64,000 nt of DNA, from the IMG/VR virus record IMGVR_UViG_3300009159_000050, positions 1 through 64,000 of that record; one strand, written 5' to 3'. Within the stretch, counting starts at the first letter, position 1. The number at the start of each line of letters is the position of its first letter. Below the pieces are notes generated by a model that did no database searches, was not told the DNA's origin, and saw only the letters and a program-made list of their open reading frames with translations. Below are positions 43,562-53,686 of this stretch, in pieces. The DNA is from a virus. The position numbers and the translations under genes were made by a program.

Positions 43562-45645
43562 TTTCTTCCTCCTCTTGAACCTGGTGAATTGCTGCCTGAA
43601 CTTCCACCAGAATTTCCTCCACCACCAGAGCCTCCTGCTGCTCCTCCTGCTGATGCAACTGCTGCTGCATTAATCGCTGCTCCTGTTGCCACAACTGTTG
43701 CTACAACCATATCTGTTGCCTCTTCTCTTTCTCCTTCAGTCATGTCTGCACCAATACTCCCAAAGGCTGCAAGTGCTGCGCCTGGATCAGTAAATACCGC
43801 GTTTAATAACGCTCCTGGATCTTGAACCAATTCTACATTTGCTGCAACCTCTGCTGTAATTATTAACACCTCGCCAGACTCAGATGTTCTAAGTTCAATG
43901 GGGGTTTCTGGTGGAAGGTCTGCATATGAAACTCCAGATGCTTGGACCTCTGCTGCAGAAATAGATTCTCCTGGCTTAAGGTCTTCTATTAATGCTGCTA
44001 CTACAATTTCTTTTTGTTCTTTAGTTAATTCTTTACCATCTTTAGCATCTTCAATTATTTCTTTTAATTCTTTTTCTTCTGCTTTTGCTTCTTCTTCCGC
44101 AGCCTTTTCTTCTTCTAATTCTTTTGCTTTGGCTTCTTCAGCAATTCTTTTTTCTTCTGCAAGGGCTTCAGCCTCTGCTTCTGCCTTTGCTTTTGCAATG
44201 GCCTCTTCTTCTGCTGCTATACGCTCAGCCTCTGCTTCTGCTTCGGCAATCGCTCTTTCTTCTTCCGCTATACGCTCTGCTTCTATACGATCAGCCTCTG
44301 CCTTAGCCTCTGCTTCTGCTTTTTCTTCTGCTGCTTTAATTTCTGCTGCAATGCGATCTTCTTCTGCCTTGGCCTCTATCTCTGCTTGTATTCTCGCTGC
44401 TTCAATCTCTGCTTCTATACGATCAGCCTCTGCCTTAGCCTCTGCTTCTGCCTTAATTCTTTCTGCTTCTTGTGCTGCTTGAAGTGCTGCAATTCTTTCT
44501 GCTTCTGCTTGAGCGGCTGCTGCTTGCTGTGCAATTAATGCTGCTGTCTCAGCCTGTATTCTTGCTGCTTCTGCTTGCTGTGCTGCTAATTGGGCTGCAA
44601 CAGATGCTGCAATTTCTGCTTCAGTTGGTCCAGTTGGTATTGTCACTGTTGATGTTTCACTGGGCGTAGGTGTTGTTACTGTTGTAGTTTCGCTAGGTGT
44701 TGTAACTGTTGTTGTTTCAGGTGCTGGTGTTGTTACGGTTGCTGTTTCAGAGGGAGTAGGAGTCGGAGTAGGTGAAGGCTCTGGAGCAGGGGCTACATAT
44801 GTAGAACCAGTAACAACATTTGAATTTGCAGAGTAAAGGGCAAAGGTATCGTTATCTGATCTAATGTGAAATGACCAGACTGTTCCTGCTGGCATAAGTC
44901 CATTTAGCAAGGAATGATCAATTGTAATTGTTGTATTTAAAGAGTTTGGTCCGCCAACATTTCCAGTAGCAATTCCCCAACCATTACATCCAGAACAATT
45001 AAAACTTATTGCATATCTTTCTGGTTGTGTGTTACCAGTGTCGGGTGCTTCCCAATTTAATATTGTTGAGGTTTCTCCGCTAATTATTGTTAAATTTCTT
45101 GGAGGTCCTATTGTTTTTACTACTGGTGCTGCTTGTGAGGTAAAGGCTTCTGCTGGAATAACTTGCATTGACCCAGACTGATTCCATAATAGTTGAACCC
45201 AAGCACCGCCACCATTCTCGTAGTACATTAACTCTATAGTTTTTGGTATTCCTGCTGTAAATGCTACTGGAGAAGAAGTTGTTCCTCCACCACCTTTATC
45301 TCGCCAGTCACTTGTTATTAAAACTCCATCAAGATAAAGCTTAGTTCCATCATCTGCTGTTGCTAAAAATGATATATCTTGAGTTGTGTTACTACGAATA
45401 GACCCAGTAAATCTTACAATCACATCTTCTGAAGGGCCCCCAAGGACACTACCACTACCCCACTGAAAGTTAATGTTGGATACATTTGTAGTTACTACTG
45501 GGGAGGCTCCCTGCGGTATGTAAGGAGCGCCATTTTGTCCCAGCACGTTATATACTTGAGCAGTCAAACCTTCTGCTGCGTGGGCTTTATCAATTATTAA
45601 AAGCAGGGGAAATAGAGCAAGGGATAAAACCAATGCTACTCTCAA
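43555..45645 (-). CDS. secreted/membrane PA14 + FN3 + coiled-coil surface protein
   Basis: signal peptide; PA14 (ADDGTKLYLDG, YYENGGGA); PPRNL FN3; PT linker; AE-rich coil; C-terminal hydrophobic segment. Confidence 0.75.
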   Translation of the reverse strand: MRVALVLSLALFPLLLIIDKAHAAEGLTAQVYNVLGQNGAPYIPQGASPVVTTNVSNINFQWGSGSVLGGPSEDVIVRFTGSIRSNTTQDISFLATADDGTKLYLDGVLITSDWRDKGGGGTTSSPVAFTAGIPKTIELMYYENGGGAWVQLLWNQSGSMQVIPAEAFTSQAAPVVKTIGPPRNLTIISGETSTILNWEAPDTGNTQPERYAISFNCSGCNGWGIATGNVGGPNSLNTTITIDHSLLNGLMPAGTVWSFHIRSDNDTFALYSANSNVVTGSTYVAPAPEPSPTPTPTPSETATVTTPAPETTTVTTPSETTTVTTPTPSETSTVTIPTGPTEAEIAASVAAQLAAQQAEAARIQAETAALIAQQAAAAQAEAERIAALQAAQEAERIKAEAEAKAEADRIEAEIEAARIQAEIEAKAEEDRIAAEIKAAEEKAEAEAKAEADRIEAERIAEEERAIAEAEAEAERIAAEEEAIAKAKAEAEAEALAEEKRIAEEAKAKELEEEKAAEEEAKAEEKELKEIIEDAKDGKELTKEQKEIVVAALIEDLKPGESISAAEVQASGVSYADLPPETPIELRTSESGEVLIITAEVAANVELVQDPGALLNAVFTDPGAALAAFGSIGADMTEGEREEATDMVVATVVATGAAINAAAVASAGGAAGGSGGGGNSGGSSGSNSPGSRGGRKW

Positions 45646-45722
45646 TAACTTTTTAATCTTTAACTCCTTATAGTCGTAGTGGTGATATGACTATTAAGGC
45701 TATTATATCATTTTATTCCAGC

Positions 45723-45755
45723 AAAAAAGAGGGCCAGCACTAAGACTGACCCTCT
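45723..45755 (-). terminator. intrinsic terminator
   Basis: AAGAGGG/CCCTCTT stem, U-run. Confidence 0.6.
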
Positions 45756-45768
45756 TATTGTTAAGCTA

Positions 45769-47475
45769 TTAAGCTTTTACCTTCTTGGCAATCTTTGCAA
45801 CTACTGCTGCAAGTGATTTAATTTGTGCCTGAAGTCCAGCAATTAACTTAGTTACAGACTCTGAAAGTGCTGCAACTGCGTCTGATGCTGCTTGTGCTGC
45901 TGTTGTTGCAGCATCTGCTGCTTCTGCTGCTGCGAGAGCTGCATCTGTTGCTGCATTGGCTGCATCAACCGCTTCTTTTGCTGCGTCTGATGCTGCTTTC
46001 TGAGCAGAATCTTCAACAAGTACCTCTGCAGAAACTACAACTTGACCTGCTACTGGAAGAGATGATCCACCAGTTGCTGTGACCTTAATTGTATTTTGTA
46101 CAAGTGGCATAAAGACCTTGTAGGTCTTAACTGTTGCTGTATCTGTTGTTACAGAAGTCGCTGTTAGTACATCAGATGCTGATCCAAATGCATAGTTAGA
46201 AACAATTCCACCTGTAGCAAATAGATTAGAGTGTGTCTTACCAGACAATGGAAGACCTGCTGCATCTAGAACTTGAACTGTAATAATTGCTGCTTCTCCT
46301 GGAAGGTACTGAGCCTTATCAAAAGACAACTTAACAGTTGCTGCTGCACCCTCTACACGAGTTGCAACTGGTGCAGATGATACTGCCCCTGACTTAACAG
46401 TTACAGCAACTCCGCCTGTCTTAACTCCTGTAAGAGTAAACATTGCTTCACCATTTACGATTGTTGCTGCAGTTCCTGAATCGGATACCACTGAAACATC
46501 GCTTGAGAAAGCATTAAGTGTTCCTGCTCCAACTGTTACTCCAGCAGCATCATATGCTATTGCCTTAATTGTTGAAACATTTGATCCCACTGGGATAACA
46601 GGCTTAACTGTTGTTGCTACGATAGATGCGATATCTCCGTAGAATGTTACCTTCTCAGTTGCAAGAACTACACCTGTAAGTGTTGTAAGAGTAATTGTTG
46701 ATACTCCTGCTGTACCGTCAGCAAATACACCAATATGGTTTCCTGAAGCAATTACCAATGAGCGACCTTGTGCTGAAATTGATGTTGCGTTTGATCCGCC
46801 ACCAATCATTCCTGAACCTGAAACTGTTGCAAGAATTGACTCAGTTGCTGATCCCCCTGCTGCATTCTTAGGTGTAACAACAATTACTGCTGCTGCATCT
46901 GCTGAAGTAGCCTTTGGAGCATAAACTGTAGCATCTGCGGTTGCAGTTGTTACTTCACCAGCATTAAGGATAGATGTCGTAGTTGAAGCAGATGGAGTTA
47001 GATCCGCTGCCTTAACTGTTACTGTCCACGAAACTGATGGCCCATTGATTGGGCTTGTTGTTAGAATCTTTGCATCATATGTGCCTGCAACCGTTGGTGC
47101 ATTCAAAGTTACCAAGAACTTTGCTGTTACATATGTTGGTGTGTTAACTGTTGAGTTAACGTTTGCTGAAACATTATTTCCTGCAATAACTACTGAGGAT
47201 GTTGATGTTTCTAGAAGTGATAAGGTTGCAGACTTTGCTGCCCCTGTTGGCTGAGAAAACATAGCAGAGATAATTGTTGCTGTATCTGCTGATGTTTCTG
47301 AAATAAACGACAATGTTACTACTGCTGTGGCAGACTCACCAGTTGTCACAGCATCTGTTGCTGAGTCAATCGTTAGAGTTGGTGCGTTTACAGCAGCACT
47401 TGTCGGAAGTGCTGATAGTACGCCAAAAGACATTGCTGCAGCTAGTCCTAAAGCGATTTTCTTAAATGAATTCAC
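45769..47475 (-). CDS. host-like Ig-domain surface/S-layer-like protein
   Basis: signal MNSFKKIALGLAAA; A/T/V-rich beta repeats; Ala-rich amphipathic C-terminus ending KIAKKVKA. Confidence 0.6.
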   Translation of the reverse strand: MNSFKKIALGLAAAMSFGVLSALPTSAAVNAPTLTIDSATDAVTTGESATAVVTLSFISETSADTATIISAMFSQPTGAAKSATLSLLETSTSSVVIAGNNVSANVNSTVNTPTYVTAKFLVTLNAPTVAGTYDAKILTTSPINGPSVSWTVTVKAADLTPSASTTTSILNAGEVTTATADATVYAPKATSADAAAVIVVTPKNAAGGSATESILATVSGSGMIGGGSNATSISAQGRSLVIASGNHIGVFADGTAGVSTITLTTLTGVVLATEKVTFYGDIASIVATTVKPVIPVGSNVSTIKAIAYDAAGVTVGAGTLNAFSSDVSVVSDSGTAATIVNGEAMFTLTGVKTGGVAVTVKSGAVSSAPVATRVEGAAATVKLSFDKAQYLPGEAAIITVQVLDAAGLPLSGKTHSNLFATGGIVSNYAFGSASDVLTATSVTTDTATVKTYKVFMPLVQNTIKVTATGGSSLPVAGQVVVSAEVLVEDSAQKAASDAAKEAVDAANAATDAALAAAEAADAATTAAQAASDAVAALSESVTKLIAGLQAQIKSLAAVVAKIAKKVKA

Positions 47476-47488
47476 TTACTTCTCCTTA

Positions 47489-49270
47489 TTATATTAGTTT
47501 TAAATTGTCAAGAAAATCCTTGACATCTTCAGGCATTTGCCTGTCTTCCAATTCTACCATAGCTCTTTGTTGTCTTGCAAGTTTATCACTTGTTCCCCAG
47601 GTATGGATCTCTATTTCAATATCTATATCCTTTGGGGTGTGAGAGATGGCACCAAAAACAGCACCACAAACAGCATCTGCCAAGTCTTTGGATTTCTTTC
47701 TAGGGTGATCAACACGATTGCCCTTCATAATCTTCAACTCTGACATTTCTTCCAAGAGTAATGGAATCATTGGCATAGCAACACGCTCTTCATAGATCAT
47801 CATTGCTAAATCTTCGTAGTGTTTTTTTGCAACAGAAACAGTATCAGTTCTTATTCCTACTGCTTTAAGCTCTTGCTGAATATCAAATGATTGCCAACGG
47901 TCAAAAGAAACCATTCCTATATTAAACCCTTGTCTTCTAAGGTTTTGAATCCACTGCTTAACCTGAGATAGATCAACTGGTCCTTCTGATCTTGGTTCCC
48001 ACCATGCTACTGCATCTACTATTACGATAGGTGCTACCTGTTCATAGTCTTTAATTACCTGGATATTTACCCACTTATCTACGTGAGCAATTGCTACCGC
48101 ACACTTATCGTGCTTTTGTGCAAGGTCAGCATGAACATAATAAATTTTATCTGGGTCTGGTTTAAAGTTTTCTGCAAACCTTCTAAAGCTATCAACTGGA
48201 TTTGTTAATGTCATACAGCTAATCAGTTTATCTTTTTGTTTAAAAAAGGCATCGGAGGAATATGTTGGTGTGCAAAGAAAACGCATCATTGCATCTCCTA
48301 GGTCTGTTAAGAATGCAATCTTGAAGTCATCAATTTTACGTGTAGGATTTACATCCCAGGTTGGACGCTTTAGTGCAAATATCTTAGGAATTTTATATGA
48401 AAGGATATTATCTTCATCCCATGATATTTCAAAATTGTTGTCTGGATTATCATGTGGTAGATCTTCATTAATAATAAATTTGTGTGTTTTTTCTATTACC
48501 TCTTTGTCGGCGATTACTGAATCATACCGTTGAGAAATAAAGTCACCTGGATAACGAGGGAATGAAAGAAGAACAACCTTCCCAAGATCAGGGAAACGAG
48601 AATCTACAGTACCACGAAAAGCTTTATAGATATTATCAGCAGTCTTACCCTGTTCATTTCCTGTTGCTACCTCTGATGCAAAACCAGAAATTTCATCAAG
48701 AACAGCCATGAACAGGTTCAAACCTTCATGTGACTCACGCTCAGAGTGACCAGAATAAACAGTGATTGATTTATCAAACTCAATTGAGTCTGCTTTTGGA
48801 TTATACTTTCCTGCAAACCACGGTGATCTTTCAATCTTTGATTTAAAACCTTTAAAGAAAACATTTTTTGCCTGTTGAGCATTGACTGCAACGTTAATAA
48901 TATCAATGGCATCTCCTGCAGGCTTTCCATAATAGATTGCAGGATCTTTAAGACATAACATTTTATATACTACATATGCACACGATACTGTTGATACGAA
49001 GTCTTTTCCAGATCCCTTGCCAAGTTGCAGGATAAGCTCATTCTTTGTATATTTTTTATAGTACTCTTCCCCTGCGTCACCCATTATATCAATAACATCT
49101 TCTTTACGATAAATCTGGCTCATGGCTTCTACAATTGTATATTGAATATCAGATAAAGGTGGTTGCCCAAGATAGTCTGGAGACTCAACAAATGTCTTTG
49201 CATCAACAGGCTTCTCAACAAAATGATTTTCTTTTAAAACTTCCAAGAAATCATTGAACGTCGTGGACAA
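47489..49270 (-). CDS. terminase large subunit
   Basis: Walker A GKGSGKD, Walker B AVLDE, RNase H-like HADLA...D and DLADAVCG. Confidence 0.85.
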   Translation of the reverse strand: MSTTFNDFLEVLKENHFVEKPVDAKTFVESPDYLGQPPLSDIQYTIVEAMSQIYRKEDVIDIMGDAGEEYYKKYTKNELILQLGKGSGKDFVSTVSCAYVVYKMLCLKDPAIYYGKPAGDAIDIINVAVNAQQAKNVFFKGFKSKIERSPWFAGKYNPKADSIEFDKSITVYSGHSERESHEGLNLFMAVLDEISGFASEVATGNEQGKTADNIYKAFRGTVDSRFPDLGKVVLLSFPRYPGDFISQRYDSVIADKEVIEKTHKFIINEDLPHDNPDNNFEISWDEDNILSYKIPKIFALKRPTWDVNPTRKIDDFKIAFLTDLGDAMMRFLCTPTYSSDAFFKQKDKLISCMTLTNPVDSFRRFAENFKPDPDKIYYVHADLAQKHDKCAVAIAHVDKWVNIQVIKDYEQVAPIVIVDAVAWWEPRSEGPVDLSQVKQWIQNLRRQGFNIGMVSFDRWQSFDIQQELKAVGIRTDTVSVAKKHYEDLAMMIYEERVAMPMIPLLLEEMSELKIMKGNRVDHPRKKSKDLADAVCGAVFGAISHTPKDIDIEIEIHTWGTSDKLARQQRAMVELEDRQMPEDVKDFLDNLKLI

Positions 49271-49787
49271 CTGTAATCACTTCTCCTTCTCTTGCAATAG
49301 AAGATAGTCTTTGCATAATAAGATCTCTGATATCTGGGTGCTCTGATGCAATATCCCTAAGTATTCCAACAAGAACTTCTTGTCTACGCTCAATCTCAAC
49401 CATCTCTTCTGCAAGCTCTTTGTTTTCAAGAAGGCCAGCCTTTTGTAGCATGTCAATGCGCTTAGACTCTATATCCATAACAAGTTTAATAGCAGCAGTC
49501 TTTGCGCTAAGGTTATTAACCATTGAAGCTTCGTCAATAACTTCATAAGCTTTTGATATAAGCTTGCTATAATGTGTGTCAGCCCCAACGAGTGCTTCTT
49601 TTGCACGAGAACGAATGGCAGCATTATCAGATGCCATTGTTTTCCACTCATTAATAAGTGAAACAACACGTGTGCGTGGAATATCTAATTCTTTTGAAAT
49701 TACTGTTGGGTCATTACCCTTTAGGTATTCACCAACAACATTGTTTATTTGATCAAGATGCTTTATTAAATCTTCTTCAGTTGACAT
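49251..49787 (-). CDS. HTH helical protein, candidate terminase small subunit
   Basis: N-terminal HTH (ISKELDIPRTRV), directly upstream of the large subunit. Confidence 0.5.
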   Translation of the reverse strand: MSTEEDLIKHLDQINNVVGEYLKGNDPTVISKELDIPRTRVVSLINEWKTMASDNAAIRSRAKEALVGADTHYSKLISKAYEVIDEASMVNNLSAKTAAIKLVMDIESKRIDMLQKAGLLENKELAEEMVEIERRQEVLVGILRDIASEHPDIRDLIMQRLSSIAREGEVITVVHDVQ

Positions 49788-50022
49788 TGTACTTGCCCTC
49801 TAGTCTATTTATTTCATCTTTAATATAAAATATTGCCTTTTCAAGATCCTGAATAGTTTTGGATTCATCTTTGATTCCAGCTCTCCATAAATATTTAAAT
49901 GCATTTCCAATGTTAAAATTTCTATGCCTAGTTATCTGAATGCATTCAACTCCAGAAGGATCAGAGATGTAGTGATGAGGATGATTAACCTGGTCAACGG
50001 TTATATTAAGTTTGTTACTCAT
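49777..50022 (-). CDS. DUF3310 protein
   Basis: VNHPHHY, GNAFKYLWRAG.K, DLEKA.FY. Confidence 0.85.
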   Translation of the reverse strand: MSNKLNITVDQVNHPHHYISDPSGVECIQITRHRNFNIGNAFKYLWRAGIKDESKTIQDLEKAIFYIKDEINRLEGKYNVN

Positions 50023-50287
50023 TTATTGTTGCCACAGACAATCTTTTTAAACATCTTACACAATCTGTGTATGCTTTACGTGTGTATGGACATGAAGCAG
50101 TATATGTATTTATATGTTTGCAAAAAAATTGTTTAATAATTGAGTATGTGATATATACAAAACTATTAAAAATCTTCATCATCATCCCAATCAAATACTT
50201 CTGGCATTCCTCTTAAAGCTGAAACGACATATGTAATGCCCACGGCTCCAGCAATGCCTATTCCTAGCATTATCTTTTGTAACTTGC

Positions 50288-50443
50288 TCATCTTTTTGAC
50301 TTCCTTAATCCGAATTTTGCAAGGTAAACATAGATTGTCTCTACGCTTGCCCCACATTCTTTTGCAATTTCTTCTGGGGACTTCTTATCCATAAGATACC
50401 TCTTACGCATAAAAACCTCTGATGTATACAGTTTAGCAGACAT
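50288..50443 (-). CDS. small HTH DNA-binding protein
   Basis: SPEEIAKECGASVETIY. Confidence 0.7.
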   Translation of the reverse strand: MSAKLYTSEVFMRKRYLMDKKSPEEIAKECGASVETIYVYLAKFGLRKSKR

Positions 50444-50447
50444 AGGA

Positions 50448-51092
50448 CTATTTGTCAATCCCTGACTCAAAAATATCATAGTTGTAAGCATTTGAGTCTT
50501 CTAGTATCCACTTGTCATAACTTTCAACATCCCATTTATTTGTATTAATTAGCCTATTTATTACTAGATCTTTTTTAGTAACAAATGATGGCTCTTTAAT
50601 TCTTACCCTGTTGTTTGGCTGTACCGCAAAATTTCCATCATCTCTTTGTATTACATGTCCACATTTATGTTGTCCTGGATTTTCAGAATACCCATCATCC
50701 AAAATATTAGTTTCTGGGCTATGCCAATCTAAAGTAAATAGATAAGTTCCAGGAACATTAGTTTTATTTCTATCAATATAAGACATTCTCATATTGCTTA
50801 ATGCCTGAAACTTTGTAACAGAAACGTGTGAACTAAAAGAATTCCATAAAACAAGATTATGTATTGGCTCTTCTGGAACTCCTGGCTTAGTGCAGAATGC
50901 ATTAATTGGCATTCTCCACCAAATTCCACCATCTTCCATCATAAAATGAAACAGTGGGCTTCTTGCCTTAATACTTGAAACTCCAAAAATTACACATGGA
51001 AAATACTGATCATGACTGTCTATCTGATCTCTTAAAAAGTTACCACGCACATAGCACTCAATTGGTGGGATATTTGCATTTAACTCTGGCAT
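50448..51092 (-). CDS. conserved hypothetical phage protein
   Basis: LNANIPP, YLFTLDW, HKCGH, QPNNR. Confidence 0.6.
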   Translation of the reverse strand: MPELNANIPPIECYVRGNFLRDQIDSHDQYFPCVIFGVSSIKARSPLFHFMMEDGGIWWRMPINAFCTKPGVPEEPIHNLVLWNSFSSHVSVTKFQALSNMRMSYIDRNKTNVPGTYLFTLDWHSPETNILDDGYSENPGQHKCGHVIQRDDGNFAVQPNNRVRIKEPSFVTKKDLVINRLINTNKWDVESYDKWILEDSNAYNYDIFESGIDK

Positions 51093-51316
51093 TATATGTT
51101 CTCCTTATGTTCTTTAATTATTGGTTCAAGTCTATCCCAGTGACCCTTTGGACTACCTTGGTAAATTTGACCAGTTTCTCTATCTAAAAGCATCCATTTT
51201 GTGGGAGCAAGAGTCCTGACGGTTAAGATAACGTCCTGCTCTTCTTCCTTAAATATAAAAGGATCTCTCTCCATCATGCCGTACCTATAGCCTTTCCCCA
51301 ATTCTTTAATGCCCAA
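51092..51316 (-). CDS. hypothetical protein
   Basis: PTKWMLLDRETGQIY. Confidence 0.5.
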   Translation of the reverse strand: MGIKELGKGYRYGMMERDPFIFKEEEQDVILTVRTLAPTKWMLLDRETGQIYQGSPKGHWDRLEPIIKEHKENI

Positions 51317-51873
51317 TGCCCAATACCAATTGCATCTGCAACGTCATTGTCTGTTATATTTTTATCATATTGCAAGTTAATGAATCTAATAGTCTTTTGC
51401 TTTCTAATTTCTCTTTCATTTGCTTTGTGCCAAGCTTCTGATTTCCCTGCATTTTTTGATCTTATAAAAAACTTTTCATCTTTAGTTAACTTTCCATTGC
51501 CTATAAATATTTGCCAAGTAATTGGGGCCACTGTGCCTATAACTTTTGTACCAGTTAAACCAGCAGCACCTAGCAGTGCCCCCTGAACAAGTGCTAGATC
51601 GGCAGCCACTTTTGGGGAATTCATAAATACTGTGTGCTCAATAACAATAGCCTCAAACCCACCATAGTGATCAAAGAAGGCCTTTGTTTTTTTACAGGCA
51701 TCCATTACCTTTTCATATGTATTTTTTCCTTCAAAGTTTATTTTTCCTGCTGCACTCAGTGTTTTTTCTTGAGTGTCAAATAAAGCAAAGGCAAAACTAT
51801 TTGTACTAGCATCAATAGCGCATATAGTTTTTGGCATTGATTCAATACCCCACTTATTCTTGCTCATACTCAA
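51274..51873 (-). CDS. RuvC-like Holliday junction resolvase
   Basis: CAIDAS, IVIE, DVADAIGIG. Confidence 0.75.
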   Translation of the reverse strand: MSMSKNKWGIESMPKTICAIDASTNSFAFALFDTQEKTLSAAGKINFEGKNTYEKVMDACKKTKAFFDHYGGFEAIVIEHTVFMNSPKVAADLALVQGALLGAAGLTGTKVIGTVAPITWQIFIGNGKLTKDEKFFIRSKNAGKSEAWHKANEREIRKQKTIRFINLQYDKNITDNDVADAIGIGHWALKNWGKAIGTA

Positions 51874-52144
51874 TAAAACCTTTCAATTCTTTTAACATTT
51901 TGTTTACTGCTTTTTCACTTACGTTACAATTTGCACAAAATCCAGAGTCGTTATATATAGAAAGAGAAGTTCCGCATCCACCTAAGCATCTACGGTCCTT
52001 CCCCTTTCTTTTTTGTCTACGAGTTATTTGATATCTTTCCTGAATCTTATCTCTTGTAGCAAGGTCTCTGCACTCATGGCTACAGTAAATCTGATAACTG
52101 ACCTTTGGGCTAAACCTAATGTCACATCTGCTACAAAGCTTCAC
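51854..52144 (-). CDS. zinc-finger protein
   Basis: CxxC, YCSHEC, CxxC motifs. Confidence 0.6.
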   Translation of the reverse strand: MKLCSRCDIRFSPKVSYQIYCSHECRDLATRDKIQERYQITRRQKRKGKDRRCLGGCGTSLSIYNDSGFCANCNVSEKAVNKMLKELKGFIEYEQE

Positions 52145-52916
52145 TCAGTTCCTCCAGAGATGCTATCTTAACAACACCTGCTCCTGCTTCGTCACATGCT
52201 TTTCTGATTGGACAGTTTTTACAAATCTTAGAGTTTGATCTATAGTTCTTTGTTGGAAGCTCTTTAACTTCCCAAGACTTACGAACAACTCTCATCCATT
52301 CAAAAGCTTCATCAATCCATTTGCGATAATGATCATTTACTTCTACTGGAATAACAAGAAGTTCATGGTTGTTTTTATTCTCATAAATAAGAACACCCTT
52401 AGCCTTCTTAAGAATCTTCATATAGATAAGTATCTGTACAACATGTCCCATCTTAGGCTTGCCTGTACGCTTGCGATATTCAAAAACTTCGTTGTTGGTT
52501 GTCTTTACTTCTACAACAACTTCTTCACCCTTCCAATTAATAAAGTTATCTACATAACCAAAAATAGGAGGATCATCATTAAAAATCTTAAACTCTGAGT
52601 CAATAGAAATTCCAGAGTTCTTAAATGCTTCCTCAATTCTTCCATGAGCCAGCGTTCCATTGCTCATGTTTGCAACAGCATATGGGTCAGCATTATCCTC
52701 AAATACTGCTCCTTCAAATGCAAGGTACCAATATCTTGGACATTCTCCATGACCATAGGCAATAGTAGAAGGACCAAAGGTTTTCTTCTGTGTATGCTTA
52801 GGCTCACGACCTACAAGATATCCTGCCTCAATTGCCTTTACAAGCTCTTTAGCATCAATTGCTGCTGGTGACTCAACTTCTTTTATCATGATTTGCTTTA
52901 GTAAATTTTTTGTCAT
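52131..52916 (-). CDS. Cas4-like PD-(D/E)XK exonuclease
   Basis: CPR, GT..H, D...EVKT, Q...Y, C..CP...C. Confidence 0.8.
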   Translation of the reverse strand: MTKNLLKQIMIKEVESPAAIDAKELVKAIEAGYLVGREPKHTQKKTFGPSTIAYGHGECPRYWYLAFEGAVFEDNADPYAVANMSNGTLAHGRIEEAFKNSGISIDSEFKIFNDDPPIFGYVDNFINWKGEEVVVEVKTTNNEVFEYRKRTGKPKMGHVVQILIYMKILKKAKGVLIYENKNNHELLVIPVEVNDHYRKWIDEAFEWMRVVRKSWEVKELPTKNYRSNSKICKNCPIRKACDEAGAGVVKIASLEELSEAL

Positions 52917-52948
52917 GTTATCTCTTTTCTTTATATAAGTATAGCATG

Positions 52949-53251
52949 TTAGCGCATGATATATTTGAGTGCTGAGACTAAATTGTTTATTGATTCTGCT
53001 GCCGTGTAATATATATTCTTCTTTGCCCTGTCATTTTTATCAACATTTGCCATCCAGGTAGCCTTGAACGCCATCTTTGCAGCAATTGCTTGCAGCCTTA
53101 CAATCTCAATACTAGCTACTTGTGCTGGAATGTCTGGCTTAATAATTACCTTGGCTATAAAAGTCAAAGCCTGGGTTAGCTCTTCATCTTGCATATAGTC
53201 TGCTATTTCAGATAAACCATTTACCATATCTAGTGTTGTTTGTTCACTCAT
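52949..53251 (-). CDS. hypothetical protein
   Basis: operon ORF. Confidence 0.55.
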   Translation of the reverse strand: MSEQTTLDMVNGLSEIADYMQDEELTQALTFIAKVIIKPDIPAQVASIEIVRLQAIAAKMAFKATWMANVDKNDRAKKNIYYTAAESINNLVSALKYIMR

Positions 53252-53534
53252 CTTCTTCTCCTATTAGTTGTTCCATTATTTCAAATTCAGTTATCATTAA
53301 TCGTACCTTTGAATTTCCGTCACCAAGGACTAGAAGTATGGCAGGATCATTTCCGTTTCTAATAGCATCTGTTACTGCTTTTGCCCAAACATCTTTATTT
53401 AAAGTAAAAGACTTTGAGCACTCCTTAAAATCTACTGTAAAGTTTTCCCAAGTAGCATCACCCTTATGAGTATTGCGTCCAGAATTTTTATGCTGCTTGG
53501 CACCAATTCTTTTGCTTTCAGATCTTTCGCTCAT
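53244..53534 (-). CDS. small PD-(D/E)XK resolvase-like nuclease
   Basis: NSGR...KGD...VDFKE. Confidence 0.6.
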   Translation of the reverse strand: MSERSESKRIGAKQHKNSGRNTHKGDATWENFTVDFKECSKSFTLNKDVWAKAVTDAIRNGNDPAILLVLGDGNSKVRLMITEFEIMEQLIGEEDE

Positions 53535-53686
53535 AGTCTTTCCTTGTTATTATAAGTGGCACCCTTGATATATGTTTTTGATTACACATCCATGTTACAT
53601 CTGCACTCTCTAGCCATAGCCTTAGAGAGCTGACCTCTTCATTACATTTTTGACAAGCAAACTTTCCTGGAAAAATCTTAAACTTT

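Noticed and set aside
43589-44669. Plus-strand Ala/Ser/Leu-rich ORFs and DNA repeats
   Set aside because: Shadows of the AE-rich coiled coil of 43555-45645; the repeats are protein-level.
52131-52916. Cas4 as evidence of a CRISPR system
   Set aside because: It is a solo Cas4-like nuclease in the recombination module, which is common in phages.
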